This document shows, in pieces, positions 1 through 9,601 of a DNA stretch of 64,000 nucleotides (positions are counted from its first letter, which is position 1; each line of letters starts with the position of its first letter). The DNA is from a virus. The position numbers were made by a program, and so were the translations under genes. The DNA lies in IMG/VR virus record IMGVR_UViG_3300036985_006490, positions 1 through 64,000 of that record. One strand, given 5' to 3'. The notes under the pieces were generated by a model. It had not been told where the DNA came from. It did no database searches and saw only the letters and a list, made by a program, of their open reading frames with translations.

Positions 1-588
1 CAGTTGTAGTAATTTTTGGGAAAATGTTTTAGCATATCTGTTAACCAAATCCATATCATCTACGTCCTTTTGGTTTGATTCCATATACTTAATTACACCC
101 TCTATAATTTTATTTTTGGATTCCTCAACATTATCCAAAACTTCTTGGAAGTTTTCATCATCTTCCATATTTTCTCCATAGTATCTTTCAATATGTGATT
201 TACCCGCATATAATAATGGAGCTGCTCCAAACATATTAACAATTCCCGAGTCTCTAATTGTTGTTAGATATTTTCTAAACCATCTCCAATCAAAGTTATT
301 TAATAAGTCAGAGTTTTGAGTTAAAAATTCCCAACTTGGATTACGTTGTTCATCTATTTTTTCTGAAGGAACCTTTTTCCAAGCGTCGGTAGAACTAATC
401 AAACTTAGTTTATTACCATTATCCCAATCAACATTAATAATTTGTTCATCTGAATCAAACTCGAATGGGTCTCTTGCAACACCAGTAACTTGACCTGATG
501 TACCAGGAGGAACTCCAAGTTCTCCCTCCATGTGATAACATATAATTTTATCTCCGACTTTTAACGGTGGATTTAACGTCCCTTTCAT
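1..588 (-). CDS. Hypothetical phage protein, 3' end outside the window
   Basis: Open frame from ATG at 588 (MKGTLNPPLKVGDKIICYHMEGE...) to the window edge; TATTTAT motif just upstream; absent from the ORF track because it is truncated. Confidence 0.75.
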   Translation of the reverse strand, partial: MKGTLNPPLKVGDKIICYHMEGELGVPPGTSGQVTGVARDPFEFDSDEQIINVDWDNGNKLSLISSTDAWKKVPSEKIDEQRNPSWEFLTQNSDLLNNFDWRWFRKYLTTIRDSGIVNMFGAAPLLYAGKSHIERYYGENMEDDENFQEVLDNVEESKNKIIEGVIKYMESNQKDVDDMDLVNRYAKTFSQKLLQL

Positions 589-621
589 AACAATAAATAT
601 AAGTAATATATTTATAATCAT

Positions 622-1242
622 ATGGAATTTTTAATTACAGAATCTCAATTAAGGGCACTTCTTACAGAAGAAGAGAAATCGATGCTTGGAACCTATATGA
701 AACGATTAAATACATTTACAAAACAAATTGTAAATCGGGCGTTCAAATCATACGGGATTAATTTAAGGATGCTTCTAACTTGGGGTACTGCAGTAGGTGG
801 ATTGGTACTTCCATTAGACCAATTTCTAAGAGACCAAAATTTCAATTTAACCGAAGACCAAAGAATGTTGGTTTTAGCTGGTTTAGCATTTTCATTATTT
901 TTTGAGACAAGAAGACCAACAATGAAATTATTTTCAGTGATTAAAGAAGAAGGACTGGAAGAAATTTTCAAAGTTGGGTTAAGAAAAGGAACACAATTAA
1001 AAAATGCCTTCTTAAACTTTATGTCCTCTGTGGGAGCGGGTTCTGTCGCTTTTATTGACACGATAGCATACAGTTTCATGATACCTATCATTACAGATAT
1101 TCAATCTGTCCTTATGGAAACACAAGATATTGATGAGGCGGCAATTTTGATTGCGGAAAGATTGATTGCGTCAGGTGTTGTATTGATGAGTTCTCAGGCT
1201 TTAATCGAAACAGTTAAGAAAGTTTTAGAAAAATTAAAGTAA
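622..1242 (+). CDS. ITESQL-leader protein with hydrophobic segments (putative virion internal or membrane protein)
   Basis: N-terminus MEFLITESQLRALLTEE; TATTTAT at 609-615. Confidence 0.7.
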   Translation: MEFLITESQLRALLTEEEKSMLGTYMKRLNTFTKQIVNRAFKSYGINLRMLLTWGTAVGGLVLPLDQFLRDQNFNLTEDQRMLVLAGLAFSLFFETRRPTMKLFSVIKEEGLEEIFKVGLRKGTQLKNAFLNFMSSVGAGSVAFIDTIAYSFMIPIITDIQSVLMETQDIDEAAILIAERLIASGVVLMSSQALIETVKKVLEKLK

Positions 1243-1243
1243 G

Positions 1244-1630
1244 TTAATCTTTAACGTCAACCAAATTAACAATTTTTTTACAAGTTACAGAATAGTCAAG
1301 TCCAAAAACATTCAGAAAATTTGACAATAACTCTTGTATTTTATACCTAACTTCAAGATGTGGATCGGATGTTGATGTAATTGGAGTTTCTTCTCCAAAA
1401 TATTTTTTGAGTGTTCCCCAAAATCTATCTGATTGTTCATTAGATGGTAAGACATACAAAGTATATTCAATATACTCTTTCTTTTCTCCAAAAGTGATAT
1501 AGTAGTCTATTCCTGTAAGTTTTACTTTGAAATCAGTTTCAAAATTGAAATTGTCCTCGGCAAATAGTTGAAAGGTATGATTCTCCAAAAATTTATTTAT
1601 TCTATCCCACAACTTATCTGACTCTTCCAT
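1244..1630 (-). CDS. Hypothetical protein
   Basis: 128-aa ORF abutting the convergent gene. Confidence 0.7.
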   Translation of the reverse strand: MEESDKLWDRINKFLENHTFQLFAEDNFNFETDFKVKLTGIDYYITFGEKKEYIEYTLYVLPSNEQSDRFWGTLKKYFGEETPITSTSDPHLEVRYKIQELLSNFLNVFGLDYSVTCKKIVNLVDVKD

Positions 1631-1803
1631 ACTATTCTAATTATTTAATTTTGACCACCAATTGGGAACTGTATTGCTATATTAATTTTATTATAAATAC
1701 CACATAACTTTATCTTTGATATATTTATTTATACCAAGATACTATCTGGATGATTTTCCAACGTCTTAGATTTAATAAATGGGATTAATCAAAAAAAATA
1801 AAA

Positions 1804-2106
1804 ATGGCGACAAGAAAAACCGTATTAGACTCTGCTGTTTCAACAGTAAAACCACCAATTACATTTAAGGAATTCTCGAAAGACCCTGTTAAAGGTCTCC
1901 TATTCATTGTGTTAATCGCAATTGGATACCTCTATGTAGATATCAAACTATCAAACAAAGAAATCGTTAGTAAACAAGATACTAAAATCGAATCTTTGGA
2001 AGGTAAGGTAACAGTACTTGTGGACCAAATTCGTAAATCTGATAGTACTTCCGCCTCATTGGCATCAAAAATTTCAGTTCTACAAGAACTAGGTAAAATA
2101 AAATAA
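1804..2106 (+). CDS. Single-TM coiled-coil protein of the lysis module (holin or spanin candidate)
   Basis: TM segment GLLFIVLIAIGYLYV followed by a coiled coil; upstream of the endolysin. Confidence 0.55.
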   Translation: MATRKTVLDSAVSTVKPPITFKEFSKDPVKGLLFIVLIAIGYLYVDIKLSNKEIVSKQDTKIESLEGKVTVLVDQIRKSDSTSASLASKISVLQELGKIK

Positions 2107-2107
2107 G

Positions 2108-2440
2108 ATGAAATACTCGATACTACTTCTATTAATAGTGTTGGGATGTACATCACCAACGGAAACTAAAATCGAAAATAATGAAACATATTCATCAATT
2201 GATTCAATCATTAATCAAAGTAAAAAAACCCTTGTTGGACTTGATTCAACAATTAAAAGAACTGATTCTACCATCACAGGAAAAGTAGAAAAAACGGTTA
2301 AACAAATCTCGTCTTTAAAAGAAGAGAACACAAAATTAAAAAAAGAAAATGAAAATCTTAAAAATAAGCTTGACGATGCTACTGATGTTGGTCAGCCTTT
2401 CAAGCTACTCCCAGTATCCAACGGTAAAGACAATAGGTAA
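2108..2440 (+). CDS. Coiled-coil lipoprotein (spanin candidate)
   Basis: Lipobox-like LLLIVLG-C; heptad-rich C-terminal half; overlaps the next gene. Confidence 0.55.
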   Translation: MKYSILLLLIVLGCTSPTETKIENNETYSSIDSIINQSKKTLVGLDSTIKRTDSTITGKVEKTVKQISSLKEENTKLKKENENLKNKLDDATDVGQPFKLLPVSNGKDNR

Positions 2441-2774
2441 AGATACTGTTGTTATTATGACTGTAAAACAAGGCGAAGACATTAACCAAAGATTTATTTT
2501 ACTGAATGATAGTATCAAAAAAGTTAATGTAAGCTTCGATAAATACAGGTTAGAAAACGGGCGGCGTTTACAAAAAGTTTATTCCGATTATAACCTCGAA
2601 TTAAACAATCACAAACAAATAAGAGCGGAGGCGGACAGTATCAAAAATCTCTATCTTCTTAACAAACAACTTTATACGAACGCTGAAGAAGATCATAAAA
2701 GGGAAGTTAGACATTTATTTGGTCTTGCAGTAATATCTTTTTTTGTTACAGTATTCGTTTCTCTCGGTATATAA
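2349..2774 (+). CDS. Exported coiled-coil protein with C-terminal TM (spanin candidate)
   Basis: Signal peptide (..SLSSYS-Q), coiled coil, C-terminal hydrophobic helix. Confidence 0.5.
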   Translation: MKILKISLTMLLMLVSLSSYSQYPTVKTIGKDTVVIMTVKQGEDINQRFILLNDSIKKVNVSFDKYRLENGRRLQKVYSDYNLELNNHKQIRAEADSIKNLYLLNKQLYTNAEEDHKREVRHLFGLAVISFFVTVFVSLGI

Positions 2775-2826
2775 ATGATGTATGTCCAATTTTCAAAATA
2801 AAAATATTTCTTTAAAAAATTAATTT

Positions 2827-3654
2827 ATGTTACTTAAAAAAGGTTCCAAAGGTGAAGAAGTAAAACAACTTCAATCAAAATTAGGTTTGGGAGCCGATGG
2901 TGTATTCGGTTCTGGTACAGAAACTGCGGTTAAAAAATGGCAAGCCGCTAATGGATTAACCGCTGACGGTGTTGTTGGTGAGGGTACTTGGACAAAGATG
3001 TTCGGATCGAAACAACTAATTACAGAACCATCGACTCCAATCGTTAATGCAGGTCCTTTGAAGTTAGAAAACCTTAAGGGTCACATTCCTGATGCGGTAA
3101 TCGCACAGATTCCTGACGCAGCAAAAAAATTCAACATTTCAAATCCACTAAGATTGGCACACTTTTTGGCACAAGCGAGTCATGAAAGTGCCGGATTCAA
3201 AGCAGTTCAAGAAAATCTTAACTATTCTGCCGATGGTTTGAAAAAAATATTTCCTAAATATTTTCCTGGAAACTTGGCAGAAGGCTACGCTAAAAATCCA
3301 GAAAAAATTGCTTCAAAAGTTTATGGAAGTAGAATGGGTAATGGTGATGAAACAACCAAAGAAGGTTTCAAGTTTAGAGGTCGTGGTTTCATACAATTGA
3401 CAGGTAAAGACAACTATACAAAATTCGCTAAATTTATTGGTGAAGATACAGTTGGAAATCCTGATTTAGTTGCAACAAAATATCCTTTGGCGTCTGCAGC
3501 GTTTTTCTTTGACTCAAATAAATTGTGGGACATTTGTGACAAAGGAGCGGATGACGCAACTGTAACGGCTGTAACAAAAAGAGTTAATGGTGGTACAATT
3601 GGACTTGCAGATAGAATCAAACACTTCAAAGAATATTTTGGATTGTTGAAATAA
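2827..3654 (+). CDS. Endolysin: peptidoglycan-binding domain plus GH19 chitinase/lysozyme-like domain
   Basis: ADGVFGSGT/ADGVVGEGT PG-binding motifs; AHFLAQASHES, ENLNYS, RGRGFIQLTGKDNY, TKRVNGG GH19 motifs. Confidence 0.93.
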   Translation: MLLKKGSKGEEVKQLQSKLGLGADGVFGSGTETAVKKWQAANGLTADGVVGEGTWTKMFGSKQLITEPSTPIVNAGPLKLENLKGHIPDAVIAQIPDAAKKFNISNPLRLAHFLAQASHESAGFKAVQENLNYSADGLKKIFPKYFPGNLAEGYAKNPEKIASKVYGSRMGNGDETTKEGFKFRGRGFIQLTGKDNYTKFAKFIGEDTVGNPDLVATKYPLASAAFFFDSNKLWDICDKGADDATVTAVTKRVNGGTIGLADRIKHFKEYFGLLK

Positions 3655-3749
3655 GGAAGTCAAAAATAAACCACAACAATTTTAATTATTTATTCTTGTG
3701 GGTTTCGCAGAGTAAATTTTTATTGTATCTTTGTTGTAAATAAATAACC

Positions 3750-3989
3750 ATGATGACAATGAATATGACTTCCGCAATCAAAGATTTCAAGTGGGTAATC
3801 AAACTACTCAAATCTTCAAAAAGTAAAGAACATTTGGATACAACACTTCGGTGTTTTAATCTTTGGGAAAACAAGCACACCAAAGAAATACTCACTGATG
3901 CGGATGCTGACGCAGTAAAGTATATGAGATATCAATTTTGGTGTTTTTTCAAAAATAAAAATTCAAGATTTGAAATCTTAGTAAAGTAG
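3750..3989 (+). CDS. Hypothetical protein (host-type promoter)
   Basis: 79-aa ORF; TATCTTTG (TAnnTTTG) at 3726-3733. Confidence 0.65.
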   Translation: MMTMNMTSAIKDFKWVIKLLKSSKSKEHLDTTLRCFNLWENKHTKEILTDADADAVKYMRYQFWCFFKNKNSRFEILVK

Positions 3990-4092
3990 AAAAAATTACT
4001 CTGTGGATACTGTGAACCGAATTTTTTTGAAAATTCATATATTTATTAACACAATCGCTCACAAAGTGAGTGTTCTCATATATCCCTTTATT

Positions 4093-4128
4093 TAAGACCC
4101 ACATTTTTTGGTGGGTCTTATTTTTTTT
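4093..4128 (+). terminator. Intrinsic terminator
   Basis: Stem TAAGACCCAC/GTGGGTCTTA followed by T8. Confidence 0.8.
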
Positions 4129-4157
4129 ACTATATTTGTATATTAAATCTAAAGACT

Positions 4158-4658
4158 ATGAACTGGCAAAGCCTCACTTATCCAATCCGAAGAAAATACC
4201 AACAAATCAAACGAGTAATCGACTTTTTACCGATTATTTGGAATGGATTTGATTTTGACTACATCTATTCCATTCAACTTTTCAAGAAACAATTGGAAAG
4301 ACAAGCAAAATTCTTTGAATCAGGTAAATCATATTCAGATAGGTCAAAACAAGATGCGTCAAGAATCAGAACCGCAATCCGTTTGATGGATAAAGTTTAT
4401 GATGAAGAATATTCCACAGAATGGCCTGATATACTCAGAGAGAAATACGGGGATGATGTATTAAATTGGGATTGGGAAGAAACAAGTCAAGGAAGTGGGT
4501 TATCTTATCACAGATGGAAGTATGAAAGTTGGGATAACGCCGAAGAAATCAGACAAGTGAAACTCGACCTGATTAGTAAAGGGGAAGCAAAACAAAAGAA
4601 AGCCGAAGAATTAGTTTGGAAATTTATAGGGCACAATATTCGTTACTGGTGGGATTGA
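4158..4658 (+). CDS. Hypothetical phage protein
   Basis: 166-aa ORF ending YWWD; TATATTTG at 4131-4138. Confidence 0.75.
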   Translation: MNWQSLTYPIRRKYQQIKRVIDFLPIIWNGFDFDYIYSIQLFKKQLERQAKFFESGKSYSDRSKQDASRIRTAIRLMDKVYDEEYSTEWPDILREKYGDDVLNWDWEETSQGSGLSYHRWKYESWDNAEEIRQVKLDLISKGEAKQKKAEELVWKFIGHNIRYWWD

Positions 4659-4659
4659 T

Positions 4660-4791
4660 ATGAAAATATACGAAATTTACGGACAAATCTATATTTTTCC
4701 ATTTGTAAAAATAACCCATACCAAAAAACTCAATGGTGATTTAGAACTAATTATTGGTTGGTTAAAATGGGAATTAACAATAAGATTATGA
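4660..4791 (+). CDS. Small hypothetical protein (43 aa)
   Basis: MKIYEIYGQIYIFPFVKITH...; fills the gap and overlaps the next gene at ATGA. Confidence 0.55.
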   Translation: MKIYEIYGQIYIFPFVKITHTKKLNGDLELIIGWLKWELTIRL

Positions 4792-5468
4792 AAAAGAAAA
4801 TAACATTCATCTCTGACACTCACAACAAACACAAACACCTTACAAGTAAGGGGATGGGAAACATATTGGGTAATGGTGATATTCTTGTCCATGCCGGTGA
4901 CTGCACAAGTATGGGATACAAACATGAAATCAATGGGTTTTTAGATTGGTTTTCAGATACTGATTTCAAACATAAAATCTTTATTGCCGGAAATCACGAT
5001 TTTGGTTTTGAACAACAAACCGATATCGAACAAGAATACAAAGATAAGGGGGTAACTTATCTTTTTGATAATGATGTTACTATTGATGGAATCAAATTTT
5101 ATGGTAGTCCTTGGCAACCTGAATTTCATAATTGGGCGTTCAATCTTCCAAGAGGAGAAGAATTGGCAGCAAAATGGGAAAAAATTCCCGATGATGTCGA
5201 CATCCTAATCACTCACGGGCCAGCATACGGTATTTTGGATTACGCTCCGATCGGAGGTCGTGTCGGTTGTGAAGAATTATATCGTAAAATCGTGGAGGTT
5301 AAACCAAAAATTCACGTTTGTGGTCACATCCATGATGGTTACGGTCAAAAGACAATGGGTGGAATTGAATTTCTAAATGCATCTGTTCTTAACGATAGAT
5401 ACGAATATGCTCACAAACCTATTGTTGTGGAGTATGATACAGAAACAAAAGAAATTACTTATATTTGA
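4788..5468 (+). CDS. Calcineurin-like metallophosphoesterase (MPPED/239FB-like)
   Basis: SDTH, HAGD, AGNHD, LITHGP and CGHIH motifs; start moved to ATG at 4788. Confidence 0.92.
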   Translation: MKKKITFISDTHNKHKHLTSKGMGNILGNGDILVHAGDCTSMGYKHEINGFLDWFSDTDFKHKIFIAGNHDFGFEQQTDIEQEYKDKGVTYLFDNDVTIDGIKFYGSPWQPEFHNWAFNLPRGEELAAKWEKIPDDVDILITHGPAYGILDYAPIGGRVGCEELYRKIVEVKPKIHVCGHIHDGYGQKTMGGIEFLNASVLNDRYEYAHKPIVVEYDTETKEITYI

Positions 5469-5471
5469 ACT

Positions 5472-5897
5472 ATGGGAAAAAATTTAATCTCTTATCGTAT
5501 CTATCTCGATGACATTCGTACGCCAATAGAAAATGATTGGGAAATTGCAAGAAATTATGACCAATTCGTAGAAATAATCCGAAGGTTGGGATTAGATAAT
5601 ATCGAAGTAATTTCTTTGGATCATGATTTGGACGATTCAGCCATCGCAGAATATTACGCAAACGCCAAACCAAACAATATGTTAAATTATGACAACATAT
5701 TGGAAAAAACTGGAATGGACTGTTGTAAGTTCTTGGTTGAGGAAAGTATGAACACAAACATTTCTTTACCTCAGGTTTACATTCATTCATCTAATCCTCC
5801 AGGTAGAGAAAATATGATGAGTTTGATTAACAATTATTTAAAAAGTTGTGGATTACCCGAAACCTGTGAAAGAAGAATTACAAAATTCACTGTATAA
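5472..5897 (+). CDS. Cyclic-phosphate-processing receiver-domain protein
   Basis: YLDDIR.P, ISLDHDL, TGMDC..FL and IHSSNPPG motifs. Confidence 0.8.
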   Translation: MGKNLISYRIYLDDIRTPIENDWEIARNYDQFVEIIRRLGLDNIEVISLDHDLDDSAIAEYYANAKPNNMLNYDNILEKTGMDCCKFLVEESMNTNISLPQVYIHSSNPPGRENMMSLINNYLKSCGLPETCERRITKFTV

Positions 5898-5922
5898 AAA
5901 AAAGATGGAGAAATCCATCTTT

Positions 5923-6135
5923 TTATTTTTTAACTCGAGTCTGTTTTCTTGATTCTTTTGCCAAGTCACCCAAAGTTTTCTTTTTCTGTTCTGTCGGGTG
6001 TTTGAATCCTGGTTTGTATCTAAATTCTACCGATATTGGTCCATTTTTGTAAATATCGGAATTGTACTTGAATACCGACACTGATTCCTCATCCTCATAA
6101 GTAATTTCCCACTTTGTAGTTCCTGATGTTTTCAT
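5923..6135 (-). CDS. Hypothetical protein
   Basis: ATG at 6135 preceded by TATATTTG. Confidence 0.65.
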   Translation of the reverse strand: MKTSGTTKWEITYEDEESVSVFKYNSDIYKNGPISVEFRYKPGFKHPTEQKKKTLGDLAKESRKQTRVKK

Positions 6136-6201
6136 ATGACAAATATACTTAATTTTTTCTAAATAAAAAATCCCCACTTTTTCGGGTGGGGATTAGTTAA
6201 T

Positions 6202-6453
6202 TTACTCTTCGATTTGGTCTGACTTTCCTTTGTTAATCCATTTGTCGACTGACCCGATTCCGAAGGAACCAAGAACTAACCATAAGAAGGCATTAAAGAT
6301 GAATTCGTTTATCACTAGGTCTTTGCCTAAAGTTCCGGTTACAATATCCGCAATAGCGAATCCTGTCATCATTACAAACGCCATAAATCCTACGACGCTT
6401 TTTTCATTGATTGTGTTGTTGTCATCAAACAACTGAGATAAGAATTTTTTCAT
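6202..6453 (-). CDS. Two-TM membrane protein (holin-like)
   Basis: Two hydrophobic helices; TATTTAT upstream; terminator at about 6165-6195. Confidence 0.6.
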   Translation of the reverse strand: MKKFLSQLFDDNNTINEKSVVGFMAFVMMTGFAIADIVTGTLGKDLVINEFIFNAFLWLVLGSFGIGSVDKWINKGKSDQIEE

Positions 6454-6495
6454 AGTATATTGGTAATTTACTTACCAATAAATATCTAAAAATTT

Positions 6496-8301
6496 TTAAT
6501 TGACCAACAAACTTACATAAACTGGGAATCCAATTGTATAGTTAGTTGTTGCAGATTGTATCAACACTGCAGTTCCTGAAGGAATATTTGTAGGTGGAGC
6601 TCCTATACCAGTTCCGAAGACAAATCCATTATCTGTTGGAGACGATTCCCAATATTTGAACGAATTTGTATCACCTGAATATATTGCAGTATTACCTGTT
6701 TGTGAGAATGTTATTGTAACACTTTGACCCGTAAATCCTGAGAAATAATTTCTTGTATCAGCGCTACTTGAATCAAACGAGTTAAAGTAAAAACCTCTGC
6801 CCGTTGATGATAGAAGATTGATTTCAGTGCTTCCTGAACCACTACCACCTGGATCGTTCATAATAGAATTTCCTAATTCTGGGAAGCCATATGGTAGGGC
6901 AATCAAATTATATCCATATCCTGTTACTGGTACTGGACTTGTCGATGGTGTTGGTGTTAATGTTGGTGTAACTGATGGAGTTGGTGTTGGAGATGACGTT
7001 TCTGTCGGTGTTCCTGTTGGTGTATTGGTTGGTGTTGCGGTATTTGTTGGAGTTACAGTTGGTGTTGATGTTGGAGTTGGGGTTGGGTCTATTATAAATG
7101 GTTTCACACTTGTTTGTGTTACACCATTATTATTTGTCACAGTTTGAGTTCCTGAACTATCCGTTGTTACTACCGCACCTAACATCAAATATTTGGTGTT
7201 TGCCAACGATGTTAATGGACCTCTTGGTGTTGCTTGAGTTGTTAAAGTTGAATTATACACTGCAGTTCCAATAGTCATTCTCATATTAGTCCAATAACCT
7301 GGCCAATATCCACCGTAGAATCTACCAATAGTGTCAGTTGCAGTGGTATAATTAAGTGTGTCAAGAGAAGTTGCTGTACATCTTACTCCATCAATATAAA
7401 CCGCAGTGGTTCCGTCAGCGTTTCTATTATAAATAAAATAATGCCATTGATTCAAACTAATTGGTGTCGCCATTGTATAGCTAAATGAACCTCCTCCACC
7501 ATTTCTGTCAGAAGTAATTGTTGTATTATTTGCAAAATATAAATTCATACATCCTATAGGGCTACTGACAGGAGAACCTATTATACCTCTGTTTGTAAAA
7601 TCTGAAGTGTTATAGAACCATCCTTCCAATGTGAATGTTCCCGCCCCAAAAGTTACACCAGGGCTTAATCCTAATGTTTGATTACTACCGTTGAATAGTA
7701 AACTACCTGCTAGTGTTGTATATGGAGTAGGACTTGGAGTTTGTGTTAGAGTTGCTGTTGGAGTTGGTGTTGATGAAGTTCTTGTTGGCGTAGGTGTCGT
7801 TGTTGTTGTCGGACTTACGGATGGAGTAACTGATGGTGTTTGAGTATTAGTTGGTGTTATTGTTGGAGTTGGTGTTTGAGTGTTAGTTGGTGTTTGAGTG
7901 TTAGTTGGTGTTTGAGTGTTAGTTGGTGTTGGTGTTGGAGTTTCAGGTATTGGTATAAATGAATTCCAATAACCATTTGCGGTTAAACCTAAAGATGCTT
8001 CTGAAGCTGTTGTATAATTTGAATTACTAACTGTATTTGCCAACTGAACGAATTCATTATCATCAAATGTGTTGGTTCTATAAAATCCTACAGAAGCAAA
8101 AACACCTGGTATCTCGGTCGGTTGTGTATTTCCTGATACTGATTGAGTAATAACATATCCTAACTCTTCATCAGGTCCGTTCCAATATTGAGGATTATTT
8201 GTAAATCCTGATGTAGGGGCACCAATTGATAAACTACCAACTTGTTCTGTTCCCGGTATTGGAGTTCCTGGATTGTATGAGAAAGGTCTTGCGAATGCCA
8301 T
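6496..8301 (-). CDS. Virion surface protein with Thr/Pro-rich linkers and a LamG/ConA-like domain
   Basis: Two TPTPTNT repeat tracts; FTLEGWF...LNQWHYF..R...VYIDG...RMTIGTAVY LamG pattern. Confidence 0.8.
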   Translation of the reverse strand: MAFARPFSYNPGTPIPGTEQVGSLSIGAPTSGFTNNPQYWNGPDEELGYVITQSVSGNTQPTEIPGVFASVGFYRTNTFDDNEFVQLANTVSNSNYTTASEASLGLTANGYWNSFIPIPETPTPTPTNTQTPTNTQTPTNTQTPTPTITPTNTQTPSVTPSVSPTTTTTPTPTRTSSTPTPTATLTQTPSPTPYTTLAGSLLFNGSNQTLGLSPGVTFGAGTFTLEGWFYNTSDFTNRGIIGSPVSSPIGCMNLYFANNTTITSDRNGGGGSFSYTMATPISLNQWHYFIYNRNADGTTAVYIDGVRCTATSLDTLNYTTATDTIGRFYGGYWPGYWTNMRMTIGTAVYNSTLTTQATPRGPLTSLANTKYLMLGAVVTTDSSGTQTVTNNNGVTQTSVKPFIIDPTPTPTSTPTVTPTNTATPTNTPTGTPTETSSPTPTPSVTPTLTPTPSTSPVPVTGYGYNLIALPYGFPELGNSIMNDPGGSGSGSTEINLLSSTGRGFYFNSFDSSSADTRNYFSGFTGQSVTITFSQTGNTAIYSGDTNSFKYWESSPTDNGFVFGTGIGAPPTNIPSGTAVLIQSATTNYTIGFPVYVSLLVN

Positions 8302-8344
8302 GTTATCTAAATGTCTTATAAACTAATAATTGTTTTTAATTACA

Positions 8345-9571
8345 CTAAGTTGTTGAAATTGGACAATTCAATAAAGTCCCTAATGGAATACCATTTAAGA
8401 AAACAATGTCACCGACTTGATACCCATTGTACTCCAAGAATTGTCCCGCAACAAGATAAGTCCCATTATTTAACACATACCCAAGGTTAAATGTTCCTTC
8501 GAGATAAGTTAAACCTGTACCATAATCAAATGAATTATCTTTTGTACCATCATAATTTAACCTTATTAATCCATTTGCAGAAATGCCATTATAAGAATTA
8601 AAATCACCAGCTATAAAATATTTGTCGTTATATTTTACTACGGTATCTGCGGATGATAATCCTGAAATCCTACTGAATCCTGAACCAAAATTGAATGTAT
8701 TATCAAAAGACCCATCTGAATTTACTCTTACAATTTGATTAGATGATTGTCCGTCAAAACTAGTAAACAATCCAACAACCAAAATTTTTCCATCATTCTC
8801 AAATACTGCGGAGTAAGTTTGATTATTAAATCCATTTCCAATATTAAAAGTATTGTCTATTGTACCATCACTATTTAGTTTAATAAAATTATTAGATGTA
8901 ACACCACTATACACCGTGAATGATCCTAATACAAATATTTTATTATCATTAGTTTCATAAATGTTATAAACAATATTATTCATTCCCGTGTTGGTATTGA
9001 ATGTATTATCAAGTGTTCCATCCGTATTCAATCTAACTATTTTACGTAGGTTTTGTCCATTATAGGTTGCGAATCCTCCACCAACAAGTATTTTGTCGTC
9101 AGATTGTATCGTAATTGCAAAAACAGAAAAACTAAATCCAGTACCAGTATCAAACGTATTGTCAACAGACCCATTACTATTCAATCTTATAATTTTTCCT
9201 GCAGGAGTACCATTATATGTGTCAAAAAATCCTCCAACCAAAATTTTTCCATCTGATTGAATGGCTACTGCATAAACATCATTATCGAATCCTGTCCCTA
9301 CATTGAATGTATTATCAATGGTTGCGTCACTATTAAGTCTAACTATTCTATTATAAGATTGACCGCTATAGGTGGTAAAAATTCCTCCGATTATAAGTTT
9401 CCCATCTTCGGATTCAATTACCTGTTGGGGTTGGTTATTAAATGATCCATTTAAACTATAACAATAATTCCAAGGAGTTACTGTAGGTGATACTACTGAT
9501 AAACTACCAACTTGTTCTGTTCCCGGTATTGAAGTTCCTGGATTATATGAGAAAGGTCTTGCGAATGCCAT
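8345..9571 (-). CDS. Delta-60 repeat (DUF5122-like) beta-propeller protein
   Basis: Repeated IQSDGKILVGGxF..YNG....IVRLNxDGxxDNTF. Confidence 0.88.
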   Translation of the reverse strand: MAFARPFSYNPGTSIPGTEQVGSLSVVSPTVTPWNYCYSLNGSFNNQPQQVIESEDGKLIIGGIFTTYSGQSYNRIVRLNSDATIDNTFNVGTGFDNDVYAVAIQSDGKILVGGFFDTYNGTPAGKIIRLNSNGSVDNTFDTGTGFSFSVFAITIQSDDKILVGGGFATYNGQNLRKIVRLNTDGTLDNTFNTNTGMNNIVYNIYETNDNKIFVLGSFTVYSGVTSNNFIKLNSDGTIDNTFNIGNGFNNQTYSAVFENDGKILVVGLFTSFDGQSSNQIVRVNSDGSFDNTFNFGSGFSRISGLSSADTVVKYNDKYFIAGDFNSYNGISANGLIRLNYDGTKDNSFDYGTGLTYLEGTFNLGYVLNNGTYLVAGQFLEYNGYQVGDIVFLNGIPLGTLLNCPISTT

Positions 9572-9601
9572 TTATATTTTTATATATAAATATACGGGCA
9601 T

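Noticed and set aside
6940-7945. Thr/Pro-coding repeats as a regulatory or mobile DNA repeat
   Set aside because: Explained by low-complexity protein linkers.
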